A stretch of DNA of 64,000 nt from Alphaproteobacteria bacterium (GTDB lineage: Bacteria > Pseudomonadota > Alphaproteobacteria > SHVV01), in NCBI GenBank assembly GCA_965261735.1, contig OZ253470.1, positions 1,056,001-1,120,000 of the forward strand. Reading direction: 5' to 3'. The translations under genes were made by a program, and so were the position numbers. The notes below the pieces were generated by a model. It was not told the DNA's origin. It did not search any database and saw nothing but the letters and a program-made list of their open reading frames with translations. Shown one piece after another: positions 1-9,043 of the stretch (the stretch's first letter is position 1; each line of letters starts with the position of its first letter).

Positions 1-856
1 AGCCGAACATGTGCACGTTGGGCGCCAGGTGCCCCGTCGTGATGAAGCTCTCCGGCTTGTCCCTCATCCACGGCATGTGGCCGAGCGGCGAGCGGCCATC
101 GGGCGACATCGGCGCACCGTCATAGACCATGCTGTAGCCGCCGTTGGCGAACAGGTTGTAGTTGTGGCGGTCGGCAGCGGCGTACGCGCCGAGCGTGGTC
201 GAATGGAGCGCGGCGCCGTGATAGATGTCGAGCAAGTTCTCGACCGCTAGCTTCCAATTGCAGTCGAGCTCGATGTCGATCGTGTAGGCGAGGCGGCAAT
301 CCTCCTGGCGTAGGTAGTCGAATGCCGCTGCATAGTCGGCGAGGAACGCCGAGAGCGGCGGCACTTGCTCGTTGAAGGCGACGAATATCCAGCCGCCCCA
401 GGTATCGCACCGCAGGCGTGGGAGCGAGCAGCGCGTAGCATCGAAACCCTCGGCCCCGGTCATCTGCGGGGCCCCCATCAGCCGACCGGTGAGGTCGTAG
501 GTCCAGCCGTGGTAGGGGCAGCGGAAGCTGGCAGTATTGCCGCGGCCCTGGGCAACGGCGACGCCGCGATGGCGGCACACGTTGGCGAAGGCGCCGATCG
601 CGCCGCCACCGTCCCGGGCGACGATCAGGGGCTCGTCGAGCACGCTGAGCGTGAGGTAGTCGCCCGGGTTCTCGATCTCCTCGACGCGGCCGACGCAGAG
701 CCAGTCGGTCAGGAAGATTCTGTGCTTCTCCTGCGCCAGGATGTCTGGTGAGGCGTAAATGGTGCCCGGCATGTGGCGCGCACGTGGCAACGGTCCGCGG
801 GTGCGCGCGAGTTCCGGCCGGAGGTCGTGCTGCTCGTTATCGTGATCGAGCGCCAT
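1..856 (-). CDS. Rieske aromatic-ring-hydroxylating oxygenase alpha subunit (choline monooxygenase/CntA-like); 3' end runs off the window
   Basis: Manual translation from the ATG at 856 (MALDHDNEQ...) gives the Rieske motif NVCRHRG...CPYHGWTY and the mononuclear Fe motif NWKLAVENLLDIYH...H. It is missing from the ORF track because it has no stop in the window. Confidence 0.9.
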   Translation of the reverse strand, partial: MALDHDNEQHDLRPELARTRGPLPRARHMPGTIYASPDILAQEKHRIFLTDWLCVGRVEEIENPGDYLTLSVLDEPLIVARDGGGAIGAFANVCRHRGVAVAQGRGNTASFRCPYHGWTYDLTGRLMGAPQMTGAEGFDATRCSLPRLRCDTWGGWIFVAFNEQVPPLSAFLADYAAAFDYLRQEDCRLAYTIDIELDCNWKLAVENLLDIYHGAALHSTTLGAYAAADRHNYNLFANGGYSMVYDGAPMSPDGRSPLGHMPWMRDKPESFITTGHLAPNVHMFG

Positions 857-952
857 GATGTTCTCCGCGCTTGGCTACCTGTCGCCCAATTCTAGGGCGA
901 GCGGCGGCCGCACCGCAACGCTGCCGGAGGAAACCCGGCCGGGGCAGCCAAG

Positions 953-1026
953 TGTCGGCGTGCTTTACAGTAGTAAAAACGCTGAATTCCGCGGTTCCCA
1001 GGCTATGACTGTCTGGATTCTTTACA
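953..1026. promoter_or_regulatory. Two TGT-N11-ACA enhancer-like boxes (PEP-CTERM/PrsR-type upstream activating sequence)
   Basis: tgtcggcgtgctttaca (953-969) and tgtctggattctttaca (1010-1026), both ending CTTTACA. Before IS insertion they lay just upstream of the sigma-54 promoter of a PEP-CTERM gene. Confidence 0.7.
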
Positions 1027-1044
1027 TCTTTACGATGCGTTAAC

Positions 1045-2149
1045 CTTGCCTATCCGGTTAACGCCCATGACCGCTACATGTAGGGTGCCGCCACTCTCCC
1101 GAGTAAAGCTCGGCATAGGTTGGAGCAGAGGTGTCGCCCGCGATGCCGAGCAATGAGCGGAAGGCGTTGAACGGGTAGAACCGCCTGTTGAAGCGGAAGG
1201 TGAACTCGTTGAGGTAGGCTTGTAGGTGCTGGTGGCTAACGCCGTGGTGGATACCGATCAGCCACGTCTTCAGGTTGGCGAAAACCAGATGGATGATCGG
1301 CAGGTATTGCTCGGCAACCTCTGGATCACCACACTCGGCAACAGCGAAGTGCTCATAGCCGCGCTTCCCGAGGCCAGCATAGCCGCTCCAATCGTCAGTA
1401 ACGATCAGCGATCGCGGCGCGACGGTGCTCTCGACGAACCCACAGAGCGACTCGGCGCTACGGTCGAGCACGACGGCGAGCCGAACGCGTCCGGCATAGC
1501 GTCCGTCTTTCCGGTTGTCGAGCTTGGTGCCCGGCTTTCGATGACGCACCTCGATGGCACAGGAGACGGGAACCTTGTGGTGAACACCACGGCCTTCCCC
1601 ACGCGTTCGCCCGCCAACCCAGGTTTCGTCCACCTCAACATGGTTCTTGGGCTGTCCACCGATCCTGTCTTGGTTGGGCCGCACCATGCCCGAGCGGAGC
1701 TTGTGGAGAATTTGAAAGGCCGTCTCGTAGCGCGAAAGACCAAGTTGCCGCTGAAACTGCACGGCGGACATGCCGGGCGTCTGACTGGCGACCAGATAAG
1801 CGGCCCAGAACCAGACGTTCAGCGGAGTGTGGCTACGCTCCATCACTGTTCCCACCGTCAGCCCGGTGTTCTGGCGGCACTTGCGGCAGCGCAGGACGCC
1901 AGGGCGGTTTTCAAAGTGGAACGGCTCTCCCGCCGTGCCGCAGTGCGGGCAGGCAAAGCCGTCTCCCCAGCGGGCTTTCTCCAGGTAGGCGGCGCAGGCC
2001 GCATCATCGGGGAAAAGTCGCTGGAACTCGGGTAGCGAATGCGGGAATGGGAGATCGGCGCGGTCGAGAACATCCATGGCGCGCTCCCCTATATCCGGGT
2101 TGCGCCCATTCTAGCCCTAGTGGGTGTGGGTGTAACCCGGATAGGCAAG
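1045..2149 (-). mobile_element. IS1595-family insertion sequence, complete copy 1 (1105 bp)
   Basis: Terminal inverted repeats cttgcctatccgg/ccggataggcaag; 8-bp target duplication gcgttaac at 1037-1044 and 2150-2157. Confidence 0.95.
1058..2077 (-). CDS. IS1595-family (ISXO2-like) transposase
   Basis: Zn ribbon CPHC...CRKC, VEVDETWVGG, IVTDDWSGY, HHGVSHQHLQAYLNEFTFRFNRR. Confidence 0.95.
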   Translation of the reverse strand: MDVLDRADLPFPHSLPEFQRLFPDDAACAAYLEKARWGDGFACPHCGTAGEPFHFENRPGVLRCRKCRQNTGLTVGTVMERSHTPLNVWFWAAYLVASQTPGMSAVQFQRQLGLSRYETAFQILHKLRSGMVRPNQDRIGGQPKNHVEVDETWVGGRTRGEGRGVHHKVPVSCAIEVRHRKPGTKLDNRKDGRYAGRVRLAVVLDRSAESLCGFVESTVAPRSLIVTDDWSGYAGLGKRGYEHFAVAECGDPEVAEQYLPIIHLVFANLKTWLIGIHHGVSHQHLQAYLNEFTFRFNRRFYPFNAFRSLLGIAGDTSAPTYAELYSGEWRHPTCSGHGR

Positions 2150-2170
2150 GCGTTAACCATGAGCGTCTCG

Positions 2171-2217
2171 TAACTCATTGAAAAAACAGACAAAAGAAAC
2201 CTGGCTTGGTTCTTGCT
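2171..2217 (+). promoter_or_regulatory. IHF-like site plus sigma-54 (-24/-12) promoter
   Basis: tGGcttggttcttGCt at 2202-2217 has exact GG-N10-GC spacing. taactcattgaaa (2171-2183) is a one-mismatch match to WATCAANNNNTTR on the minus strand. Confidence 0.7.
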
Positions 2218-2290
2218 AACGTTTTCACGGCGGGGCCGCGCGATGAGTGGGTCCCGGTGCCTCGAAACGCGGCTTGGAGCGGTCAGGTTG

Positions 2291-3406
2291 ATGTCAAGGA
2301 CGGGATTATCGGGTGCCGCCGCCCTGGCGTCCGCTTTTTGCGCGCCCCGGAGACTGTTGGTGGGCGGCGCGGCGTTGCTCGCACTGGCGGCGAGCGGCCC
2401 GGCCGAGGCCTTGATCATCAACATCAATCCTGGGGCCGGGCTTACGGGTACGGCGCTGACGGCCTTCAACGACGCCGCAGGGCTGTGGGAGGATATCTTC
2501 ACCCATCCCGTTACCGTAAACATCGATGCCAACTTGGCGCCGCTGAGCCCCAGCGTCATCGGCACAGCGAGCTCGGTCGTCCTCGTAGGGCCCTACGACC
2601 TCATCGCCGACGCCATGCGCGCCGATGCGGCCGCTGAGCCTGACGACGGTGTCGTCGCCTCTCTCCCCACCTCCGGACAATTTAGCGCCTTCGTGCCCAC
2701 CGGCTTCGGTCTTTCGGGCAGTCTGGGTGCTAGCAAGGCAAACCTGAAGGCGATGGGCTTCTCGGGCCTCGACGCCTTTCCGTTCACTCCCCTCGACGCC
2801 ACCATCACCTTCAACAGCAATTTCGCCTTCGATTTCGATAACAGCGACGGGGTCGGCGCCGGATTGCTCGATTTCACGACCGTGGCCGCGCACGAGGTCG
2901 GCCATGCGCTCGGCTTCCTGTCGATCGTCGACCGCATAGATTCCCTAGTGGACCAGAACTTGATCGAAAACGTGAATCCTCGAGCTCTCGATCTGTTCCG
3001 CTTCGGCTTCGATGCGGATGGATTTGAAAACCCGTCGACACTCACGAACTTCACCAACTTTGGGCGCAATCTGGTTCCCGGCGTGGGTCTCGACAGGCGG
3101 GCGTTTTTTGACGACCTGTCCGCCGAGTTTCTGATGTCGACAGGGGTTAGCCAGGGCGACGGCCGGCAGGCGAGCCACTGGAGGGACAACGGCATCACCG
3201 GCACTCTCATCGGGGTGATGGATCCGACCCTGGCGACGAGCCAGGTCTTCCCGATCAAGGCGTCCGACATTCGCGCGCTGGACGTGATCGGCTGGGACCA
3301 TGTGGCCGCCCCTGAGCCCGCCGCCATCCTGTTGTTGGGCTTTGGCTTGGGTGCCTTCGCCATGATGTGGCGTCGCCGGCCGCGCCGTGCGATGGCCCGA
3401 CGCTAG
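2291..3406 (+). CDS. Secreted zinc metalloprotease (NF038122-like) with C-terminal PEP-CTERM sorting signal
   Basis: Signal peptide ending PAEA, HEVGHALGF zinc motif, ASHW, C-terminal APEPAAILLLGFGLGAFAMMWRRR. The start could also be 2243. Confidence 0.88.
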   Translation: MSRTGLSGAAALASAFCAPRRLLVGGAALLALAASGPAEALIININPGAGLTGTALTAFNDAAGLWEDIFTHPVTVNIDANLAPLSPSVIGTASSVVLVGPYDLIADAMRADAAAEPDDGVVASLPTSGQFSAFVPTGFGLSGSLGASKANLKAMGFSGLDAFPFTPLDATITFNSNFAFDFDNSDGVGAGLLDFTTVAAHEVGHALGFLSIVDRIDSLVDQNLIENVNPRALDLFRFGFDADGFENPSTLTNFTNFGRNLVPGVGLDRRAFFDDLSAEFLMSTGVSQGDGRQASHWRDNGITGTLIGVMDPTLATSQVFPIKASDIRALDVIGWDHVAAPEPAAILLLGFGLGAFAMMWRRRPRRAMARR

Positions 3407-4106
3407 CAGCCATCGCAGGCGGCGCGCGCCGCCCCTTCACGACTCCTCCGCCGCAGTGCTAGGCTCCGCGAACTCGCGGCCGCGGAGCATCACCCTGTCT
3501 CACCGAAGTATTCTGGTAGCCATCGTCGTGGGCGTCGGCGTCCTCCTCGCCGCCGCCCTTTGGCTAGTCGTGCCCGGCGCCCCGTCGCAAGACCACGAGC
3601 ACCGGCAGGCGACGCAGGCCGCCCTCGTGGGCGGGCCCTTCTCGCTTGTCGATCATACCGGGCGTGTCGTGACCGATGCCGACTTCCGCGGCACCCACAC
3701 GCTCGTGTTTTTCGGTTTCGCCTCGTGCACCGACGTGTGCCCAACGACGCTCACCGAGATCACTGGTGCCCTCGATCTTCTTGGCGAGTTGGAGAGTCGC
3801 GTGCAGCCGCTGTTCATCACCGTCGATCCCGCGCGCGATACGGTGGAGGCGTTGGCGGCTTACGTCGAGAATTTCCATCCACGGTTGCTCGGCCTTACCG
3901 GGAGCCCGGCCGAGGTCGACCGCGCGGCCGAGGCCTATCGCGTCTACTACGCCAAGGTGCCGCTCGAGGGCGAGGACTACCAGATGGACCACACCGCCGT
4001 CGTCTACCTGATGGGCCCGGAAGGCCAGTACCTCACGCACTTCACCGCCCACGCGCAGGCTCCGAAGATCGCGGAAAAGATCCGCCGCCACCTCGACCAT
4101 AGCTAA
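3387..4106 (+). CDS. SCO family copper chaperone
   Basis: N-terminal transmembrane helix, FGFASCTDVCP (CxxxC), ITVDPARDT, MDHT. The true start is probably later. Confidence 0.9.
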   Translation: MRWPDASSHRRRRAPPLHDSSAAVLGSANSRPRSITLSHRSILVAIVVGVGVLLAAALWLVVPGAPSQDHEHRQATQAALVGGPFSLVDHTGRVVTDADFRGTHTLVFFGFASCTDVCPTTLTEITGALDLLGELESRVQPLFITVDPARDTVEALAAYVENFHPRLLGLTGSPAEVDRAAEAYRVYYAKVPLEGEDYQMDHTAVVYLMGPEGQYLTHFTAHAQAPKIAEKIRRHLDHS

Positions 4107-4196
4107 CCTGCCAAGGCAGGGGCGACAGTGCCCCCGGCTTTTGCCGATGGCGCCCAGCGGTATACACTGCGCCCTTCAAGAACACGGAGGATCGCC

Positions 4197-5651
4197 ATGA
4201 CGCAGGCAACCGCTATCGATCGCACCGGCGCCGCGGCGACACGGCTTACCGAGCCACTCGCCGAGTGGGTCTCGGGCCTCGCGCCGGGCGAACTCCCGGC
4301 GACCACGCGCCATGCGGTGCGGCTTTTCATTCTCGACACGCTGGGCGCCGCCCTCTACGGCCGGAATCGGCCGTGGGCGCAGGCGGTGCGGGGTTGGGCC
4401 GCGCGCGGCGCCGTACGGCCGGGCGAGGGCGCACCGGCGTCGGCCTGGGGCGAGGCGCCGCCCGATTTGCGGCCGAGCGATGCCGCGCTCGTCAACGGGA
4501 CCGCCGCCCACGCCTTCGAGCTCGACGACTTCCACAAGTCCAAGATACATCCGGGAGCCGTGGTGGTGCCCGCGGCGATCGCGCTCGGCGAGGCGGTCGA
4601 TGCATCCGGCGCCGCCCTCGAAACGGCTATCGCGGCGGGGTACGAGGTCATGATCCGTACCAGTCTTGCGCTCAACCCCGGGGCTGCACGGCTGCGTGGC
4701 TGGCACCTCACCGGCATCACCGGGCCGCTCGGCGCGGCCGCCGCGGGCGCCGTGCTGCTCGGCCTCGATGCCAGGGCCACGGCCTGGGCGCTCGGACTGG
4801 GGGGTAGCCAGGGAGCGGGTCTCTTCGCCTTCATTGCCGATGGCGCCATGAGCAAGCGCCTGCACGCGGGGCTCGCGGCGCAGTCCGGCGTGCTCGCCGC
4901 CGAGTTCGCCGCCCTGGGCATTACCGGTCCGACACAGGTCTATGAGGCCGAGGATGGCGGCTACCTCCAGGCCTTCTCCGACAACATTCGCCCCGATCGC
5001 TTGCTCGACGGCCTCGGCGTGCACTTCCACCTCGACGACACCGTGTTCAAGCCGCACGCGTGCTGCGGCAGTCTCCACGCCTACGTCGACGCGGCGCTTC
5101 AGTTGCGTGCGCGGAACGGCGGACCGCCGGCGGCGGGGCGCCGCGTGCGCGCCGGCATGAGCCACCTCGTCGACCTGCAGTGCGGCTTCGACTACAACCC
5201 CGGCACCGAGCTCAACGGGCAGATGAGCGCCCGCTACTGCGTTGCCGCGGCGCTCGTCGATGGGGCCGTGCTGCCGCCACAGTTCGCGCCGCAAAAGCTC
5301 GCGGACACGGAGATCGTGGAGCTCGCCCGGCGCATCGAGCTGGTGCCGGATTCAGAGCTCGATCGGGTCTATCCCGAGCGCTTCTCCGGGTGGGTCGAAA
5401 TCGAGGACGCGGCGGGTGGGTTTGAGCGCGCGGACATCGCCAGCCCGTCGGGGTCGAGCACGAACGCGGGCCGCGACGCGGCGCTGCTCGCCAAGTTTCG
5501 CGCCCTTGCCGGGGCGTCGCTCGGGGGGGACGCCGAAACATCGACCGAGGCGCTTACGCTCAACCTCGATGCTACGTCGACCCGCGAACTCGCGCGCAGC
5601 CTTGCCGGCGGCGCCGCCGACGCGGACGGCTCCGGCTCGCTGGGCGCTTGA
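4197..5651 (+). CDS. MmgE/PrpD family protein
   Basis: NGTAAHAFELDDFH, IHPGAVVVPAA, GWHLTG, KRLHAG, KPHACC; GGAGG RBS before ATG 4197. Confidence 0.9.
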   Translation: MTQATAIDRTGAAATRLTEPLAEWVSGLAPGELPATTRHAVRLFILDTLGAALYGRNRPWAQAVRGWAARGAVRPGEGAPASAWGEAPPDLRPSDAALVNGTAAHAFELDDFHKSKIHPGAVVVPAAIALGEAVDASGAALETAIAAGYEVMIRTSLALNPGAARLRGWHLTGITGPLGAAAAGAVLLGLDARATAWALGLGGSQGAGLFAFIADGAMSKRLHAGLAAQSGVLAAEFAALGITGPTQVYEAEDGGYLQAFSDNIRPDRLLDGLGVHFHLDDTVFKPHACCGSLHAYVDAALQLRARNGGPPAAGRRVRAGMSHLVDLQCGFDYNPGTELNGQMSARYCVAAALVDGAVLPPQFAPQKLADTEIVELARRIELVPDSELDRVYPERFSGWVEIEDAAGGFERADIASPSGSSTNAGRDAALLAKFRALAGASLGGDAETSTEALTLNLDATSTRELARSLAGGAADADGSGSLGA

Positions 5652-5658
5652 CGCGAGC

Positions 5659-6658
5659 CTACTTCCAGCAGCCGATGCGGGCGACGAAGGGCCGCGACAG
5701 GTCGAGCAGCCGGTCTTGGGGTACGGCCGATCCAGTGGCGGCCGTCTGATAGGTCACGTCGTGGCGGTCGAGCATCCGGAATAGGATCGGGTTTCGGACC
5801 ACGAACCCGATATCGCGCACGACCTTGCCGGTGTTCTGGAAGAATCCCGGCGTGTCGATCTTGGCGAAGATGACGCCAATCACGTGGCCACTGTCGTTGA
5901 GAACGGGGCCGCCGCTGTTCCCGGGGCGCACCTTGGCCTTGATCTGGAAAAGGGTCGGCGGAATGTTGGAGATCCCACCATCGGAATCGGTCGTGAACCC
6001 GGCGGTAAGAACGGCTTCAGCGGCGCCATCCCCTGGGTCGGATAGCCGATCACGGCGACCGGCCGGCCCGAATCGAGGTCGGCGGGACTACGAAACGTCG
6101 CCGTTGCCGGCGGTGGCAGTTTTGTCCGCAGCAGCGCGAGGTCGTTGCGCACATCTGTGTCGATGAGATCGGCCGTGGCAATGGGCCGCCGTGGCGGAGA
6201 TGATCTCGCAGCCGTCGATGACGTGGTTGTTGGTGACGATATGGCCGTCCGGCGCGACGAAGAAGCCGGTACCGATGCTCGCCAGCTTCTTTCCCGGCGC
6301 TACCGGTGGCGGCCCGCCCTTGAGGGCCTTCTGGATGCGGCTGATGCGGCGCTTCCTGATCGTGGCCGGCTTCCTTGTCCGACACGACCCTGCCCTTGCA
6401 GTCGCCGGCGAGCTTGTGCGACAGCGCGATCAACGCGGCGGCGCCGACACCGGCGATGGCCGCCGGCAAGAGCCAACGTGGCGCCGCGCGGTCTGCGCCC
6501 GTCGCTTCGCTGCCTTGCGCCCGGCCCCCCCCCCGCGCCAGCTGGACAACACCCGCGCGCTCCTGGCACACCGGATCCGGCCCCTGCGCACCACTCCCGG
6601 CGCGGCCGATCTCGGGCGCCGCGTCGACCGCGAGCGACTCACTCGCGCGTCGCCTCAT
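5659..6658 (-). pseudogene. Trypsin-like (S1C) serine protease, frameshifted and internally deleted
   Basis: The catalytic motifs GTGFFV...TNNHV, NDLALL and PGNSGGP lie in different reading frames. Confidence 0.8.
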
Positions 6659-7713
6659 CCGAGGCTCCTCGCGATGTAGGGGCCTATCATATTGGCCGCC
6701 GGGAGCGGGAGCCGCTTCCAAATCGCCACCAGGGGCTGGTACTTGGGATTGAGCGGGTTCACGTTCGGCATCTCCTGCCGGCCCAATAGCTTGAACTCGT
6801 AGTGGAGCGGTCGCGGCTCGAAGCCCCAGTTCTTCTTGAACGCGAACGATCCGGTACCGCGCTTACTGCGGCCAAAATCGAACATCCGGTATCCGCGCTC
6901 GCAGGCCCGGCGCATCACTTCCCAGTACATGAAGTCGTTCGCGGCCATGGCCCGCGCAGAGGCCGAGCCACCGCCATAGTAGGGCAGCACCTCGTCGCGG
7001 AAGTAGAAGTTCATCACGCTGCTGACCGTGTGCCCGTCGTGGGCTACGGTCAGCACGTCGCAGTCCTCGGCGAAGACCTCCCGCAACGCGCAAAAGTACT
7101 TTATCGCGTAGACCGGAGTGCCAAGATTGCGCACGCTCTCGGCGTACAGCCGGTGCAGGCGTTCGACGCCGTCGTCGAGGTCGCCGCGCAGGCCCAGTTT
7201 GATTCCCTTGCGCACCATGGCTCGCTGTTTGCGCGGAATGGCCGCGAGGTTGGCCTGTGGGTCGGCATCGGTGGGCTTGCGGAAGGTGACGTAGAATTCG
7301 TCATTGCAGGCCCAGTCGGGGTGTCGGGGCGCCTGTAAGTGGTACTCCAAGTGATCCACGCCGAGCGACCTCGCGAGTTCGACGGCGGCGGCGTCGAGCG
7401 CGCCACGGGCGCGTTCGTCGAGTGCCGCGGGGCCGCCATAGACGCAAAACGCCGTGGACACCAATGCGTTGCCGAACAACCGACTCTTAACGTGAACGAG
7501 CGGAAGGACGCCTCGGACGGCTCCCTCCGATTCGGCATAGAGGAAATGGCAGCCATGGCCGAAGCTGCGCTCGATCACGCGCTTCCAGCCGGCGCGATGA
7601 AAGAACGTCGCATCGGGGCATTGGTTGACGAATGCGTCCCAGCGGTCGCCCTGGCTGCCCTGGCCGCCATCGAGTTCGGCGATCGTTAGTTCGCCGTTCG
7701 CGAGGGCGCTCAC
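6655..7713 (-). CDS. FemAB-family GNAT protein, XrtA/PEP-CTERM system-associated
   Basis: ATFFHRAGW, FDFGRSKRGTG, NPLNPKY. The GTG start at 7713 overlaps the upstream stop. Confidence 0.9.
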   Translation of the reverse strand: MSALANGELTIAELDGGQGSQGDRWDAFVNQCPDATFFHRAGWKRVIERSFGHGCHFLYAESEGAVRGVLPLVHVKSRLFGNALVSTAFCVYGGPAALDERARGALDAAAVELARSLGVDHLEYHLQAPRHPDWACNDEFYVTFRKPTDADPQANLAAIPRKQRAMVRKGIKLGLRGDLDDGVERLHRLYAESVRNLGTPVYAIKYFCALREVFAEDCDVLTVAHDGHTVSSVMNFYFRDEVLPYYGGGSASARAMAANDFMYWEVMRRACERGYRMFDFGRSKRGTGSFAFKKNWGFEPRPLHYEFKLLGRQEMPNVNPLNPKYQPLVAIWKRLPLPAANMIGPYIARSLG

Positions 7714-7883
7714 GCTGCGACCGCCGCGGCGGGAAGAAAGACGCGATCCACCCGGTCCCAAGCGAAATCGGTGAGGGCGGCGCGTAGCCGCCCTTCCATA
7801 CGGTCCAGGTTGGTGTAGTGCCGGAATCGGGTCCTCAGCGAGGTGCCGCGAAAGTGGGGCTGCCCCGGATCCACCTCCCAGGG
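7710..7883 (-). pseudogene. C-terminal remnant of the XrtA-system polysaccharide deacetylase
   Basis: PWEVDPGQP...RFRHYTNLDRMEGRL...DFAWDRVD, fused directly to an IS1595 remnant. Confidence 0.8.
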
Positions 7884-8176
7884 GTCAGCCCGGTGTTCTG
7901 GCGGCACTTGCGGCAGCGCAGGACGCCAGGGCGGTTTTCAAAGTGGAACGGCTCTCCCGCCGTGCCGCAGTGCGGGCAGGCAAAGCCGTCTCCCCAGTGG
8001 GCTTTCTCCAGGTAGGCGGCGCAGGCCGCATCATCGGGGAAAAGTCGCTGGAACTCGGGTAGCGAATGCGGGAATGGGAGATCGGCGCGGTCGAGAACAT
8101 CCATGGCGCGCTCCCCTATATCCGGTTTGCGCCCATTCTAGCCCTAGTGGGTGTGGATGTAAACCGGATAGCCAAG
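7884..8176 (-). mobile_element. IS1595 copy 2, left-end remnant (~290 bp)
   Basis: Near-identical to the transposase-5' end of copy 1; variant terminal repeat ccggatagccaag ends at 8176. Confidence 0.92.
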
Positions 8177-8375
8177 GATGGTGCATCTGCAGGCTGAGCC
8201 GGCCGCCCGGCTTGACCATCAGATGTTTGACTTGAAACCGTGCGCCGCTGTCGATGGTTTCGAAATATCCCCACGGCCGGTGGAAGCGAGCGTGGTTGGC
8301 GTGCTCGTGGCGGCCCTGCTGTTTGAGCTGTTCGACAATTTCCTTAACTTCGTCGGCGCGATCGCGCGCTGGCGC
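8177..8375 (-). pseudogene. manC: Internal fragment of mannose-1-phosphate guanylyltransferase/isomerase
   Basis: DRADEVKEIVEQLK...HRPWGYFETIDSGARFQVKHLMVKPGGRLSLQMHH, cut by the IS at its 3' end and fused to a deacetylase at its 5' end. Confidence 0.8.
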
Positions 8376-9043
8376 CGGCCCCACGCCGAAAACAAGCCAT
8401 GGAAGCCGCAGGTCAACGGAATCTCCAGAAGTCCGCCGGGTCCGTCGCACCAGTAGGGAAGGAAGCCCACGCTCCGGAAGTCGGGCCCGCCGTCGTCGGT
8501 GAAGCTCGTATACGGCACGACGCTGACATCGACGGTATAGCCGAGGTCTGCCAGGATCTCGGCGGTATGAGGGCCGACGCCGTAGCGGCCGGCCTTGTAG
8601 ACCGTCGGCCGCAGCCCGTAATTGTCGACGATGGCCGAGGTTAGGTGCGCGAGCTTTTCGCGCTCCAGCGCTGCCGGCAGATTGCCCGGGTAGGAGTTGT
8701 GGGGGGTGACATCCTCGGTGTCCGGCGGGTTCACCCAGGGGTGGAGATGGGCGCCGATTTCGCAAGCCCCGCCGGCGGCCAGCTCGCCGAGCGTTCGGAT
8801 GGCCAAATCGCTCGTCGCCACGGGGTAGTCGATGACATAGGTCGGCACGATGCCGTATTTGGCGAAAAGGTCGTGAGCGCGCGGCTGGGCCGCAATCGAG
8901 GTCACCGAGGTGTTGTCGCGCGACAACGGCCGGTTCCAATCGAACTCCTCCTCGGTATCGATGATGACGAGGAGCAGAGGCGCCGACTCGCGTGGCCGTT
9001 CGATGAGGTCGCGCGGATCCTCGCGCAACATGGTGGCGCTCAT
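8376..9043 (-). pseudogene. WalW-like polysaccharide deacetylase, 3'-truncated
   Basis: IDTEEEFDW, EIGAHLHPWVNPP, YKAGRYG. The ATGA overlap with the upstream gene places the start at 9043; the gene runs into manC sequence. Confidence 0.8.

Noticed and set aside
1226-2035. 269-aa antisense ORF repeated in every full IS1595 copy
   Set aside because: Shadow frame of the transposase; it recurs only because the copies are near-identical, and it has no recognisable motif.
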